DNA of 64,000 nucleotides from an uncultured Anaerolineaceae bacterium. Lineage in GTDB: Bacteria; Chloroflexota; Limnocylindria; Limnocylindrales; CSP1-4. The stretch lies in assembly GCA_964427285.1 (NCBI GenBank), contig CAYRTS010000001.1, positions 31,471-95,470 on the forward strand, read 5' to 3'. Below are positions 44,470 through 53,070 of the stretch, in pieces. A program made the position numbers and the translations under genes. The notes beneath the pieces were generated by a model. That model was not told the DNA's origin and made no database searches. It saw only the letters and a list, made by a program, of their open reading frames with translations. How positions within the stretch are numbered: the first letter of the stretch is position 1; every line of letters begins with the position of its first letter.

Positions 44470-45575
44470 GCGCCAGTTCCGGCCATGGTCGGGGCGGTCG
44501 GGGCAAGCGGTGTTTGGACGGTCGATGTCATGCTGGCGCCGCCGCCCAGGGCGGTGACCGCGAGGGCCTCGGCGATCAGGGCCGGCACGCCGGTCCGCGC
44601 CGTCTGTGCCGCCACCTGGCAGGCGAAACCAATCATTCGCCGCTTCGCGCGACCGTGCGTGATGATCACCGTCCCACGAACCCCCAGAAGGGGCGCACCG
44701 CCCACTCGCTCATAGTCGAATACGTCACGAATCCGGGCAATCCCCGGCCGGAGGAGGAGGTACGCCAGGCGGCCACGGAGCGAGCTTTCCAGTTCGCGCT
44801 TCCACAGGTCGAAGATGAACCCGGACAGGCCTTCGTAGAACTTGATCACAACATTGCCCAGCACCGCATCGCAGACCACCACGTCGGCCAGGTGATGGGT
44901 CAGGTCCTTGCCTTCGACGTTTCCCTCGAACCGCAAACCTGAGCCGTCGAGCAGCTCCGAAGCCTTCTGGATGCGCGCGTCGCCCTTCCCCTTCTCCTCG
45001 CCGATCGAGAGGAGCGCCACCCGGGGTGAGGCGACCCCCAGCACACGCTCGGCAAAAATGGCACCCATGTGGGCGAACTGGACCAGGTTCTCCGGCGTGG
45101 AATCCGGATTGGCGCCGATATCAAGCAAGACCATGGGTCCAGAGTCGGTGATCATCTGGACGGCGAGCGCAGGACGATCCACGCCTGGGAGACGGCCGAG
45201 GCGCAACACCGCTGCAGCCATGGCCGCGCCGGAATGGCCGGCCGTCACCACGGCCTCGGCGTCGCCCCGCTTGACGAGTTCGGTGGCGACCAGGATCGAG
45301 GAGTCCTTCTTCTCGCGCAGCGCAAGGGCCGGGTGTTCATCCATGCCGATCAACTGGGAGGCATGGACCACGGTGACATTGCCCGGCAGCTCACCGCTGA
45401 TCGCGCGGATGGCGGCTTGGTCGCCGACCAGGATCACGTGGTCTTCAGGATTGGCGCGGGCGTGGTCGAGCGCTCCCGGGACAACTTCGCGCGGGCCGTG
45501 GTCGCCGCCCACGGCGTCAACGGCGAGCCGAACACCCTGACCGCCGGAGCGAAGCGCCATGGTGGACGCGGTCAC
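44466..45575 (-). CDS. plsX: phosphate acyltransferase PlsX
   Basis: 369 aa (alternative ATG at 45560). Motifs LAVDAVGGDHGP and VVTAGHSGAAMAAA. Confidence 0.93.
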   Translation of the reverse strand: MTASTMALRSGGQGVRLAVDAVGGDHGPREVVPGALDHARANPEDHVILVGDQAAIRAISGELPGNVTVVHASQLIGMDEHPALALREKKDSSILVATELVKRGDAEAVVTAGHSGAAMAAAVLRLGRLPGVDRPALAVQMITDSGPMVLLDIGANPDSTPENLVQFAHMGAIFAERVLGVASPRVALLSIGEEKGKGDARIQKASELLDGSGLRFEGNVEGKDLTHHLADVVVCDAVLGNVVIKFYEGLSGFIFDLWKRELESSLRGRLAYLLLRPGIARIRDVFDYERVGGAPLLGVRGTVIITHGRAKRRMIGFACQVAAQTARTGVPALIAEALAVTALGGGASMTSTVQTPLAPTAPTMAGTGA

Positions 45576-45591
45576 GCCGTCGCCTCGGGCG

Positions 45592-45792
45592 TCAGCGCGC
45601 GGCGTCGTCGGCGACTGGCTTCAGCTGAATCGCGAGACGGCCGTTGTAATACCCGCAGTTGGGGCAGACGTGGTGCGGCAGCTTCATCTCGTGACAGTGC
45701 GAGCACTGCTCGAGGTTCGGCAGCTCGATCGCAAGGTGGGCGCGACGCTCACCCTGGCGGGCATGCGAGACACGTCGCTTGGGGACACCCAT
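45592..45792 (-). CDS. rpmF: 50S ribosomal protein L32
   Basis: I start it at ATG 45792: MGVPKRRVSHARQGERRAH...CSHCHEMKLPHHVCPNCG (zinc ribbon). Confidence 0.93.
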   Translation of the reverse strand: MGVPKRRVSHARQGERRAHLAIELPNLEQCSHCHEMKLPHHVCPNCGYYNGRLAIQLKPVADDAAR

Positions 45793-45876
45793 GAGGTCGT
45801 GTGACTCCTGTCGGATTCGATGAAGGTCGCAGCCGGGTCGGTGACTGAAGTGCTCGACCACCAACGCTGATGGCGG

Positions 45877-45882
45877 AGTCTA
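45877..45882 (-). promoter_or_regulatory. -10 hexamer TAGACT (cgcggTAGACTCCGCCa) upstream of rpmF
   Basis: About 85 nt upstream of the rpmF ATG, within the 327-nt yceD-rpmF spacer. Confidence 0.4.
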
Positions 45883-46061
45883 CCGCGAAGTCCGGCTCGG
45901 CGTCGCGGCGCCGATGCCCTGCGACAAGCGGCGACCGCGACCCGTACCCCCAGTACCGAATCCTGGACGACCGCCTCGTGGACTTGGCTGAAATCGACAA
46001 GAAGTGTCGAATCTGTCGGCGGACCACGCTCACTCGTGCGGAAATCGGTACTGAGGCTACC

Positions 46062-46098
46062 GGGGGCGGGGCCGCGTCGGGGCCGCGTCGGGGCCGCC
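46062..46098 (+). repeat. 11-nt tandem repeat (GGGGCCGCGTC x2.8) forming a canonical G-quadruplex motif on the + strand
   Basis: Read directly: GGGGG-C-GGGG-CCGCGTC-GGGG-CCGCGTC-GGGG. That is four G-tracts of 4 or more with loops of 1, 7 and 7 nt, about 20 nt downstream of the yceD stop. Confidence 0.8.
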
Positions 46099-46119
46099 AC
46101 CGGCAGCGACCCCCGGCCA

Positions 46120-46677
46120 TCACGCGTCGTTGTCGCGCCGAAACCCGCGGAGCGCCTCCAGGCGCGGATCGATCGCCTCGTCGGGATGGTTGTGGGCGCC
46201 CTCGTCGAGCCGCTCGCCGCAGGCGATGCACAGACCGGGGCAGTCCTCGCGACAGAGCGGGGCGATCGGTTCGGCGAGCTGGAACGCTTCACGGACCAGC
46301 GTGTCGAGGTCCAGCTCGTGGTGTTCAGTCAGGCGAGCAACATCGGGTTCGTCCGCGGTCGAGAGTGGGCGCCCCGTCGCGAGTTCCAGCGCCGGCAGAA
46401 CCTCTTCGTCCAGTCGCACCTCGACCGGAACTGCCAGGTCGCGCAGGCAGCGGCTGCACACCAGCGAGAGGGCGGCTTGGAGATCGGCATGGACCAGGAT
46501 CCCGCGGTTGGTTCGGACGATCCGCACACGACCCTGGATCGGGGCCGCCAGACGGACGTCCAGACCAAGATCGAACTCAACATCGGTGACGGCGTGGATT
46601 CGCTCAGCTCCGGGGCTCTCACCGAGCAGCCCCGCGACATTCCAGATGAGCGGCCCGTCCGATGGCCGCCCGGTCAT
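46120..46677 (-). CDS. yceD: YceD/DUF177 (23S rRNA accumulation protein)
   Basis: 185 aa. Cys pairs CSRCL...CREDCPGLCIACG. Classic position upstream of rpmF. Confidence 0.9.
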   Translation of the reverse strand: MTGRPSDGPLIWNVAGLLGESPGAERIHAVTDVEFDLGLDVRLAAPIQGRVRIVRTNRGILVHADLQAALSLVCSRCLRDLAVPVEVRLDEEVLPALELATGRPLSTADEPDVARLTEHHELDLDTLVREAFQLAEPIAPLCREDCPGLCIACGERLDEGAHNHPDEAIDPRLEALRGFRRDNDA

Positions 46678-47216
46678 CGAACGGCCCGACTGGGCTCGGC
46701 GGCCTCGTCCTCCCAGAACTCGGCAAGCGGTCCCGCGGCGGGGTCACCTTCGCCATTGAGCTCGAGGGTGGCGCGCCGCTCGTCCAGCAGCGCAATCCCC
46801 TTCTTGATCGCCTGGAGCGTCTTGACCACGTCGCCTTCAAGGCCGATCAGGACACCCACCGCATATTCGTCCGCGCCGCGCCGGATCTCGTCCGCCTGGC
46901 CGTGGGCATCGGCCAGGATCTGGCGGCTGAGCGCATCTGCGGCCTGGGTGAGCCCGCGCTCGTCGATCAGGAACGCGGCTTGCTCCTGGGCCTTGGCCAC
47001 GATCCGCTCGGCCTCATCCTGGGCCTTGTCCATGATCCGTTCGCCCTCGGCGTTGATTCGTTTCGCCGCCCGGACCTCTTCCGGGACGGCCACCCGCAGC
47101 TCATCGATCAGCCCGAGGGCGGCGTTCTGGTCGAGTACCACGTTCGTCGTGAGCGGCAGCTTCTTGCCGCCGGCGATCAGCGATTCAAGGCGCTCGACGA
47201 GAAAGATGATGTCGAT
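46674..47216 (-). CDS. DivIVA/SepIVA-like coiled-coil protein; probable non-canonical ATC start
   Basis: The track ORF starts at GTG 47141 with no SD. The frame is open back to a TAA at 47268-47270 and encodes IDIIFLVERLESLIAGGKKLPLTTN. AGGAGG lies 8 nt upstream of ATC 47216, and an extended -10 (TGcGATAAT) lies 50 nt further up. The body is an Ala/Glu/Arg-rich coiled coil. Confidence 0.65.
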   Translation of the reverse strand: MDIIFLVERLESLIAGGKKLPLTTNVVLDQNAALGLIDELRVAVPEEVRAAKRINAEGERIMDKAQDEAERIVAKAQEQAAFLIDERGLTQAADALSRQILADAHGQADEIRRGADEYAVGVLIGLEGDVVKTLQAIKKGIALLDERRATLELNGEGDPAAGPLAEFWEDEAAEPSRAVR

Positions 47217-47266
47217 CGGCGTGTCCTCCTGGGTCGGACGGCTCGGGACCGGTCGGAGCGGCTCCG

Positions 47267-47275
47267 ATTATCGCA
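47267..47275 (-). promoter_or_regulatory. extended -10 promoter TGc-GATAAT for the SepIVA-like gene
   Basis: Minus strand reads gcgTGCGATAATcggagcc, in the coaD-downstream spacer. Confidence 0.5.
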
Positions 47276-47288
47276 CGCGGACCGGTCG

Positions 47289-47783
47289 TCAGCGCTGGCC
47301 ACCGTCGGCGAGCGCCTCCGCCGCGGCGAGAGGAATCATCGACGACACATCGCCGCCGAGGGCCGCAATCTCCCTGACCAGGCTCGAGCTGACGTAGCCG
47401 TTGGCTACGGCGGTCATAAAGAAGACGGTATCGATCTCGGGGGCAAGGACGCGATTGTTGTGGGCCAGCTGCATCTCCGTCTCGAAATCACTCACGGCCC
47501 GCAGGCCACGGACGATTGCGCCGGCGCCGCGAGTCCGACACAGGTCCACGGTGAGCCCGTCGAAGGCCTCGACCACGATCCTCTCCGGTGGGGCGCCCGC
47601 ATCGGCGAGCGCTTCCCGGATCAAACGGATGCGGGTTTCCACGTCGAGCAGCGGGACCTTGCGCGGATTGGCCAGCACGGCCACGATGACCGTATCGAAG
47701 ACATTTGCCGCGCGCTCGATGATGTCGAGGTGGCCGTTGGTGATCGGGTCGAACGAGCCCGGATAGACCGCCACGCTGTTCAT
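47289..47783 (-). CDS. coaD: phosphopantetheine adenylyltransferase
   Basis: 164 aa. Sequence AVYPGSFDPITNGHLDIIERA. Confidence 0.96.
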   Translation of the reverse strand: MNSVAVYPGSFDPITNGHLDIIERAANVFDTVIVAVLANPRKVPLLDVETRIRLIREALADAGAPPERIVVEAFDGLTVDLCRTRGAGAIVRGLRAVSDFETEMQLAHNNRVLAPEIDTVFFMTAVANGYVSSSLVREIAALGGDVSSMIPLAAAEALADGGQR

Positions 47784-48382
47784 CGGTTCTCCTCGCGCCA
47801 GTAGAAGGTCAGCGCGGTGTCGCCAAAGCGGCGCTGACGCGCCGATGCTAGCAGCCCGATCCGCTCAGGCGGCTGGGTCCGCCAGAAGTGCTTGACCACG
47901 ACCTGGGCACCGGCCTGGAGCCGCGGGGCGACCAATTCGAGCGAAGCGAGGAGCAGATCCGGCTCGGCGTACGGCGGATCCACGATCACGAGCGACACCG
48001 GCCAGGCAGCTGCCAGGTCGATCTCTCGCAGCCAGGCCATGACGTCGGCGCCCACGATCGTGGCCCGATCCGCAAGTCGTGCGCGGGTCAGGTTGGCGGT
48101 GATCGCCCGCACTGCCGCCCGGTCCCGATCCACGAAGGTGGCGTGGGTGGCGCCACGGGACAGCGCTTCGATCCCCGCCGCGCCACTCCCCGCATAGAGA
48201 TCCAGGACGTGCGCACCGGGCAGGTCTGGCTCAAGGATGGCAAAGAGCGTCTGCTTCACCCGATCACCCAGCGATCGGGTCGCGCTACCGGCGGCCTGCA
48301 AGCGGGTGCCGCGAGCCGTTCCGGCGATCACCCGACCTGCCTCATTCGCCAGGCTCACCGCCCGCGGCGTCGAGGGTGTCAC
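47780..48382 (-). CDS. rsmD: 16S rRNA (guanine966-N2)-methyltransferase
   Basis: 200 aa. Motifs VLDLYAGSGAAGIEALSRGA and VIVDPPY. Confidence 0.9.
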   Translation of the reverse strand: MTPSTPRAVSLANEAGRVIAGTARGTRLQAAGSATRSLGDRVKQTLFAILEPDLPGAHVLDLYAGSGAAGIEALSRGATHATFVDRDRAAVRAITANLTRARLADRATIVGADVMAWLREIDLAAAWPVSLVIVDPPYAEPDLLLASLELVAPRLQAGAQVVVKHFWRTQPPERIGLLASARQRRFGDTALTFYWREENR

Positions 48383-50565
48383 ACCCCGCTCGCCGGCTCA
48401 GCTGCCGCAACCCGCCGAAGCCAGCCGGAGTCGAGCTCTGCTGCGAGCGCAGGGAGCGGAGGGTCGAGGCGACCGCCGGCGTCAAGGAGTCGCTCGGCCT
48501 GGGCCCGCGCCCGGAGCGCCAGATCGCGGTGCGCCGGATCCTGGAGCGAAGCGACCCGGAGTCGCGGCAGCCCGCTCTGCATCACGCCCAGGACATCACC
48601 TTCCCGGCGGAGGGCAAAGTCCCGCTCGGCGAGTTCGAAGCCATCGCGGATCTCGGCCACGGCCTTGAGTCTGGCCTGCGCGACCTCGTCGGTCGTATCC
48701 GATACGAGCACGCAGAACGACTCGACCAGGCCGCGTCCCACACGACCGCGCAATTGGTGGAGCTGGGCCAGCCCGAACCGATCCGCACCCTCGATGATCA
48801 TCATCGTGGCGGCGGGGACATCCACGCCCACCTCGACCACCGTCGTACCGACCAGCACGTCCAGGTCGCCGTCGCGAAATCGGGTCATCTCGGCGTCGCG
48901 CGCTGCCGGCCTGATCCGGCCATGGACCAACCCCACGCGCAACGGCGCCAGCAGGTCCGCCAGCCGGACCGCCTCGGCTTCGGCCGCGACCGCACCGTCA
49001 CCCGCGTCCCCGGATTCCTCGATCAGCGGCACGACGACGAACGTGCGATGGCCGGCTGCCGCCTCCGCACGCACCTTCTGCCAGGTGCCGTCCAAATCGG
49101 TCGGCTGTCGGATGCCGGTCCGGATCGGCACCCGCCCGGCCGGGGCGGTGCGCAGGTCCGAGACCTCCAGGTCGGCGTAGAACAGCTGGCCGAGCGTCCT
49201 GGGAATGGGAGTCGCCGTCATCAGCAGGACATGCGGGGAGCGGCCGCCCGCCTTGGCTTCGAGCTGCGCCCGCTGGTCGACACCGAACCGATGCTGCTCG
49301 TCGATGACGACGAGGCCCAGGTCACGAAACGCCACTGACTCCTGGATCAGCGCGTGCGTCCCGACGATCACGGTGGCCTGACCAGCGCGGATCGCCTCGG
49401 TGGCGTTCGCCTTCGCCTCGGCCGGCAGCGATCCGGTCAGCAACGTGACGCCCAGACCGACGCCTCCGAGCAGACCGCCGAGCGTCTCGAGGTGCTGGCG
49501 CGCCAGCAGGTCCGTGGGCGCGAGTAGGGCCCCCTGGAGACCGGCGCGTGCTGCCGCCGCGAGCGCATAGGCCGCAACCGCGGTCTTCCCGGACCCCACG
49601 TCACCCTGGAGCAGCCGGAGCATCGGGGTGGGCCGGGCGATGTCGGCGCGGATGGCGGCCATGGCCGCAACCTGATCCGAGGTGAGCTCGACCGCTCGTC
49701 CAACCCGCGATTCCAGGGCGACCGTGAGCGAAACCCGGACCGCAGCGTCCAACGTGTCGTCCACGATGACCATCGGCGCGGCATCCCGCACCCGCTGGCG
49801 GCGGCGGGCGACCATCCCGAGCTGGAGAGCCAGAAGTTCGTCAAAGGCGAGCCGTCGGAGGGCCGCGTCGCGGCCCTCGAAGGATTCGGGATAGTGGGCC
49901 TCCTCGATCGCCCGGTCGATGGACACCAGCCCTTCATCACGGAGCATCGCCGGCGGCACATACTCCGGGTAGGCATGACCGGCCCGGTCCAGCGCCTCGC
50001 GGATGGCGGTGCGCAGGCGAGCGCCGGTCAGCCCGGCCGTCAGCGGATAGACCGGCACGATCCGGCCGGCGTGGAGGACGTCGGCCTCGACCCCGTCCAC
50101 GGACGCCACCGTCTGGAATTCCGGATTGTCAAACGTGAGCCGACGGCCGAAGTGCTTGACTTTGCCGGAGACCACGATCTCGCCGCCGACGCGCAGCCGG
50201 CGCTCGATGAACCGTCGCCCGAACCAGGCGGCATCGACGCTGCCGGTGTCATCCTCCAACCGGGCGATCGTTCGCTGGACCCGCCGGCGAAAGGTTGGCT
50301 CGACGCGCAGCTCGGCAACCCGCACGCGTGCCGAAACCACGGTCCCCTCCTCCACCCGGACCAGATCGCCGAGCCTGTGCATCTCGCGCAGGTCGTCGTA
50401 GCGACGGGGCAGGTGGAACAGCAGGTCGCCGACGGTGTAGAACCCGAGGCGGATCCCGGCGCGCCGCAGGAGCGCCCCGGCGGCCAGTCCGGACCGGGCC
50501 AGCGGCGCCGACAGGATGGCGACCGGGTCCGTCGGGACGGGTTGTGCGACGGTCGCCTTGGCCAT
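48379..50565 (-). CDS. recG: ATP-dependent DNA helicase RecG
   Basis: 728 aa. Motifs QGDVGSGKT and VIDEQHRFG, with a wedge domain N-terminal. Confidence 0.95.
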   Translation of the reverse strand: MAKATVAQPVPTDPVAILSAPLARSGLAAGALLRRAGIRLGFYTVGDLLFHLPRRYDDLREMHRLGDLVRVEEGTVVSARVRVAELRVEPTFRRRVQRTIARLEDDTGSVDAAWFGRRFIERRLRVGGEIVVSGKVKHFGRRLTFDNPEFQTVASVDGVEADVLHAGRIVPVYPLTAGLTGARLRTAIREALDRAGHAYPEYVPPAMLRDEGLVSIDRAIEEAHYPESFEGRDAALRRLAFDELLALQLGMVARRRQRVRDAAPMVIVDDTLDAAVRVSLTVALESRVGRAVELTSDQVAAMAAIRADIARPTPMLRLLQGDVGSGKTAVAAYALAAAARAGLQGALLAPTDLLARQHLETLGGLLGGVGLGVTLLTGSLPAEAKANATEAIRAGQATVIVGTHALIQESVAFRDLGLVVIDEQHRFGVDQRAQLEAKAGGRSPHVLLMTATPIPRTLGQLFYADLEVSDLRTAPAGRVPIRTGIRQPTDLDGTWQKVRAEAAAGHRTFVVVPLIEESGDAGDGAVAAEAEAVRLADLLAPLRVGLVHGRIRPAARDAEMTRFRDGDLDVLVGTTVVEVGVDVPAATMMIIEGADRFGLAQLHQLRGRVGRGLVESFCVLVSDTTDEVAQARLKAVAEIRDGFELAERDFALRREGDVLGVMQSGLPRLRVASLQDPAHRDLALRARAQAERLLDAGGRLDPPLPALAAELDSGWLRRVAAAEPASGV

Positions 50566-50567
50566 CG

Positions 50568-52289
50568 CTATTCGGCGGAGATCAGGTACCGATAGAACGG
50601 CTGGCCGCCGTGCCGCACCTCGATCTCGGTTCCGGGCAGGATCGTCCGGATCTGGCGGGCCGTCCCCTCCGCCTCCGTGAGGTCGGCGCCGTCACCGTAG
50701 AAGATCGTCAGCAACTCCACGCCCGGAACCAGCGTGGCCACGGCGGCCAGGACGCACCGGTCGGCATCGCCATCCACTGCCACGAGGCCGTCGTCGGGGT
50801 CGAGGGCAATGACCTGGCCGCGCTTGACCTTGCGGCCCCCGATCGTCGCGTCGCGCACCGCCTCGGTCACGACGAACGACTGGATGGCGCGCCCCGCGGC
50901 GGTCATCGTGGGGGCATTGGCAGCCGCATCGAGGCCGGGATCGAGGGCAAGGAGCGCCGCGAAACCCTCGGCCGCGTTGCGCGTGGGAACGACGACGACT
51001 GGTCGCTCCGTCATCGAGGCCACCTGTCGCGCGGCCAGGACCACGTTGGGATTGTTTGGCAGGATGATGATCTCGCGGGCGGCCACGCCGGACAGTGCCT
51101 TGAGCAGCTCCCCGGTGCTCGGATTGGCGGATTGGCCGCCCTTGACCACGGCCGCGACGCCGAACTCTTCGAAGATGGAGGCGAGCCCGTCGCCGGCGAC
51201 AACCGCAACGACGCCCAGTGCCGGAGCCTCGAGTTGTGCGGCGGTAGATGGACTCGGTGGCTCCGGGTTGGCGGCGTCGACCAGGGGAGACTCGGCCGTG
51301 GGCGCCCCGTCGATCGCCGAGCCCGTGAACGATGCCGCCCGCGTTTCGCGAACATCGCGGGCCTGGTTGTCCAGGTTCTCGACGCTGATCCGGCTCAACG
51401 AGCCGACCGACAACCCATAGCCGATCACCTGGTCGGGGCGCTCGTTGTGGACGTGAACCTTGATCGCGCGCCCATCACCGGCGACCAGCACGGACTCGCC
51501 GATCGACTCGAGGTAGTCGCGGATCGCATCCACGTCGAGGGATCCCGTGCCGCTGGGCTGGAGGAGAAACATCGTCTCGTACCCGAAGCCCTCGTCCGCG
51601 TGGGCGACCAGGGTGGACACCTTGGGCCCGGAGCCGGTCCGCGACCTGGCTCGCGCCACGCCCGCCGGAGATCGTCGGGAGACGTGGAGCAGCGCACCCT
51701 GGAACAGGCGGTACAGACCCTGACCGCCCGAATCCACCACGCCCGCCTCGCGCAGGATCGCGAGCAGGCTGGGCGTCCGGGCGACCGACTTCTCGGCCGC
51801 ATCCAGGGTCACTCCGAGCACCGCCTCGATGTCGGCATCCTGCTCCGCCCCGGCCACGGCGGCGGCGGCGGACTCGCGGATCACCGTCAGGATCGTGCCT
51901 TCGACCGGCTTGGCGACCGCAGCGTACGCCGTCCGCGCTCCTTCGGACAGTGCATGTGCGAGATCCAGCCCGTTGAACCGGGTCTTGCCACCAAGACCTT
52001 CCGCCATGCCCCGGAAGATCTGGCTGGTGATGACCCCGGAATTGCCCCGGGCGCCCATCAATGCCCCGAAACTGATGGCCGCAGCGATCCGCTCGGCCGG
52101 CTGGCCGGCAACAGCCTCGGCCTCTTCGAGCGCCGCCTTGACCGTCGCCAGCATGTTCGACCCGGTGTCGCCATCGGGGACGGGATAGACGTTCAGGGTG
52201 TTGATTTCGTCGACGTGGGCTTCCAGGTTGGCCACGGCCGCGCGGAACGCGTCGAGGAGCCCCGCGCCGTCACACGCCCGACGGGCCAT
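50568..52289 (-). CDS. yloV: DAK2-domain fusion protein YloV
   Basis: 573 aa. DhaL-like N-terminus (VYPVPDGDTGSNM) plus the YloV C-terminal domain. It sits in the conserved asp23-yloV-recG arrangement. Confidence 0.9.
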   Translation of the reverse strand: MARRACDGAGLLDAFRAAVANLEAHVDEINTLNVYPVPDGDTGSNMLATVKAALEEAEAVAGQPAERIAAAISFGALMGARGNSGVITSQIFRGMAEGLGGKTRFNGLDLAHALSEGARTAYAAVAKPVEGTILTVIRESAAAAVAGAEQDADIEAVLGVTLDAAEKSVARTPSLLAILREAGVVDSGGQGLYRLFQGALLHVSRRSPAGVARARSRTGSGPKVSTLVAHADEGFGYETMFLLQPSGTGSLDVDAIRDYLESIGESVLVAGDGRAIKVHVHNERPDQVIGYGLSVGSLSRISVENLDNQARDVRETRAASFTGSAIDGAPTAESPLVDAANPEPPSPSTAAQLEAPALGVVAVVAGDGLASIFEEFGVAAVVKGGQSANPSTGELLKALSGVAAREIIILPNNPNVVLAARQVASMTERPVVVVPTRNAAEGFAALLALDPGLDAAANAPTMTAAGRAIQSFVVTEAVRDATIGGRKVKRGQVIALDPDDGLVAVDGDADRCVLAAVATLVPGVELLTIFYGDGADLTEAEGTARQIRTILPGTEIEVRHGGQPFYRYLISAE

Positions 52290-52711
52290 CAGGCGACGTC
52301 CGTGCCGCTGTCCGCCAGATCGCGCGGGCGAGGTGTGGCGGCATCGACCGGCTCGCTCGGCACCGGCATACCGCCCGACGCAACGCGAAGACCCCTGACA
52401 TGGATCGTGAGCCGCCCGACCTCCCGGGCGACGCCCCGCCGGACGGCATGGCGGATGGCCGAGTCAACCTGCCGCGCGACCTCCGCGACGGGGACGCCAC
52501 GGGCAATGGTGAGGTCGAGATCGAGTTCCAGCGTGTCGCCGAGGTGCACGGCGATTCCCGGATTGGCCAGTCCAAGCATGCCCGCAAGACGCTCCGCTGA
52601 CCCTGCCGCAAACCCGGTCACGCCATACGAGCCGACGACCGCCGCCCGAACCAGGTCGATGACCGCCTGGCGGGTGGCCAGCGAACGGCCGGGCGTCGGA
52701 ATGGCTGGCAC
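52289..52711 (-). CDS. Asp23/Gls24-family protein (YloU-like)
   Basis: I start it at GTG 52711 (GAGGAGGAG upstream), giving 140 aa. Sequence ...VIDLVRAAVVGSYGVTGF...DLDLTIARGVPVAEVARQVDSAIRHAV. Confidence 0.85.
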   Translation of the reverse strand: MPAIPTPGRSLATRQAVIDLVRAAVVGSYGVTGFAAGSAERLAGMLGLANPGIAVHLGDTLELDLDLTIARGVPVAEVARQVDSAIRHAVRRGVAREVGRLTIHVRGLRVASGGMPVPSEPVDAATPRPRDLADSGTDVA

Positions 52712-52768
52712 GCGGCGAACTCCTCCTCGCAAGCATTCGGCTGGCCGAGCTGGAGGCCCCAGCCCGTG

Positions 52769-52778
52769 TGGTATTCTA
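52769..52778. promoter_or_regulatory. face-to-face -10 elements of a bidirectional promoter (TGgTATTCT for rpmB; TAGAAT for asp23-yloV-recG)
   Basis: The + strand reads gTGgTATTCTacc and the - strand reads cggTAGAATacc. The two hexamers share the same 7 bp, in the 126-nt divergent spacer. Confidence 0.45.
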
Positions 52779-52837
52779 CCGCTCCGCCTGAGCCCTCCCG
52801 GGCCCAACATCCCAGCCGAACCCCAGAGGGACCACGC

Positions 52838-53035
52838 ATGGCCCGCTCCTGTGCAATCTGCGGCAAGACATCGATGGGCGGGTTCAATCCGCAGTCATCG
52901 GGTATGAACCGCGTTCGTGCGCACCGGCGGATGCAGCCCAACCTGCAGCCCCTCCGGATCATCGCGAAGGGCATCCCCGTGCGGACGCTCGTCTGCACGC
53001 GCTGCCGCCGCACACAGCTCAAGTCGTCGAAGTAG
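52838..53035 (+). CDS. rpmB: 50S ribosomal protein L28
   Basis: I start it at ATG 52838: MARSCAICGKTSMGGFNPQSSGMNRVRAHRRMQPNLQ. Confidence 0.93.
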   Translation: MARSCAICGKTSMGGFNPQSSGMNRVRAHRRMQPNLQPLRIIAKGIPVRTLVCTRCRRTQLKSSK

Positions 53036-53070
53036 CGGGTCGCCCCTGACCGACGGCGGGATCCGCGGCT

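Noticed and set aside
46062-46098. Short tandem repeats (here, and at 34615-34659, 29405-29438, 16327-16407) considered as a CRISPR or minisatellite array
   Set aside because: Each has only 2-3 copies, with no unique spacers and no cas genes. Most lie inside coding regions and encode peptide repeats. None is a CRISPR array.
50295-52907. 870-aa + strand ORF across recG, yloV and asp23
   Set aside because: It is antisense to three well-supported minus-strand genes and has no motifs.
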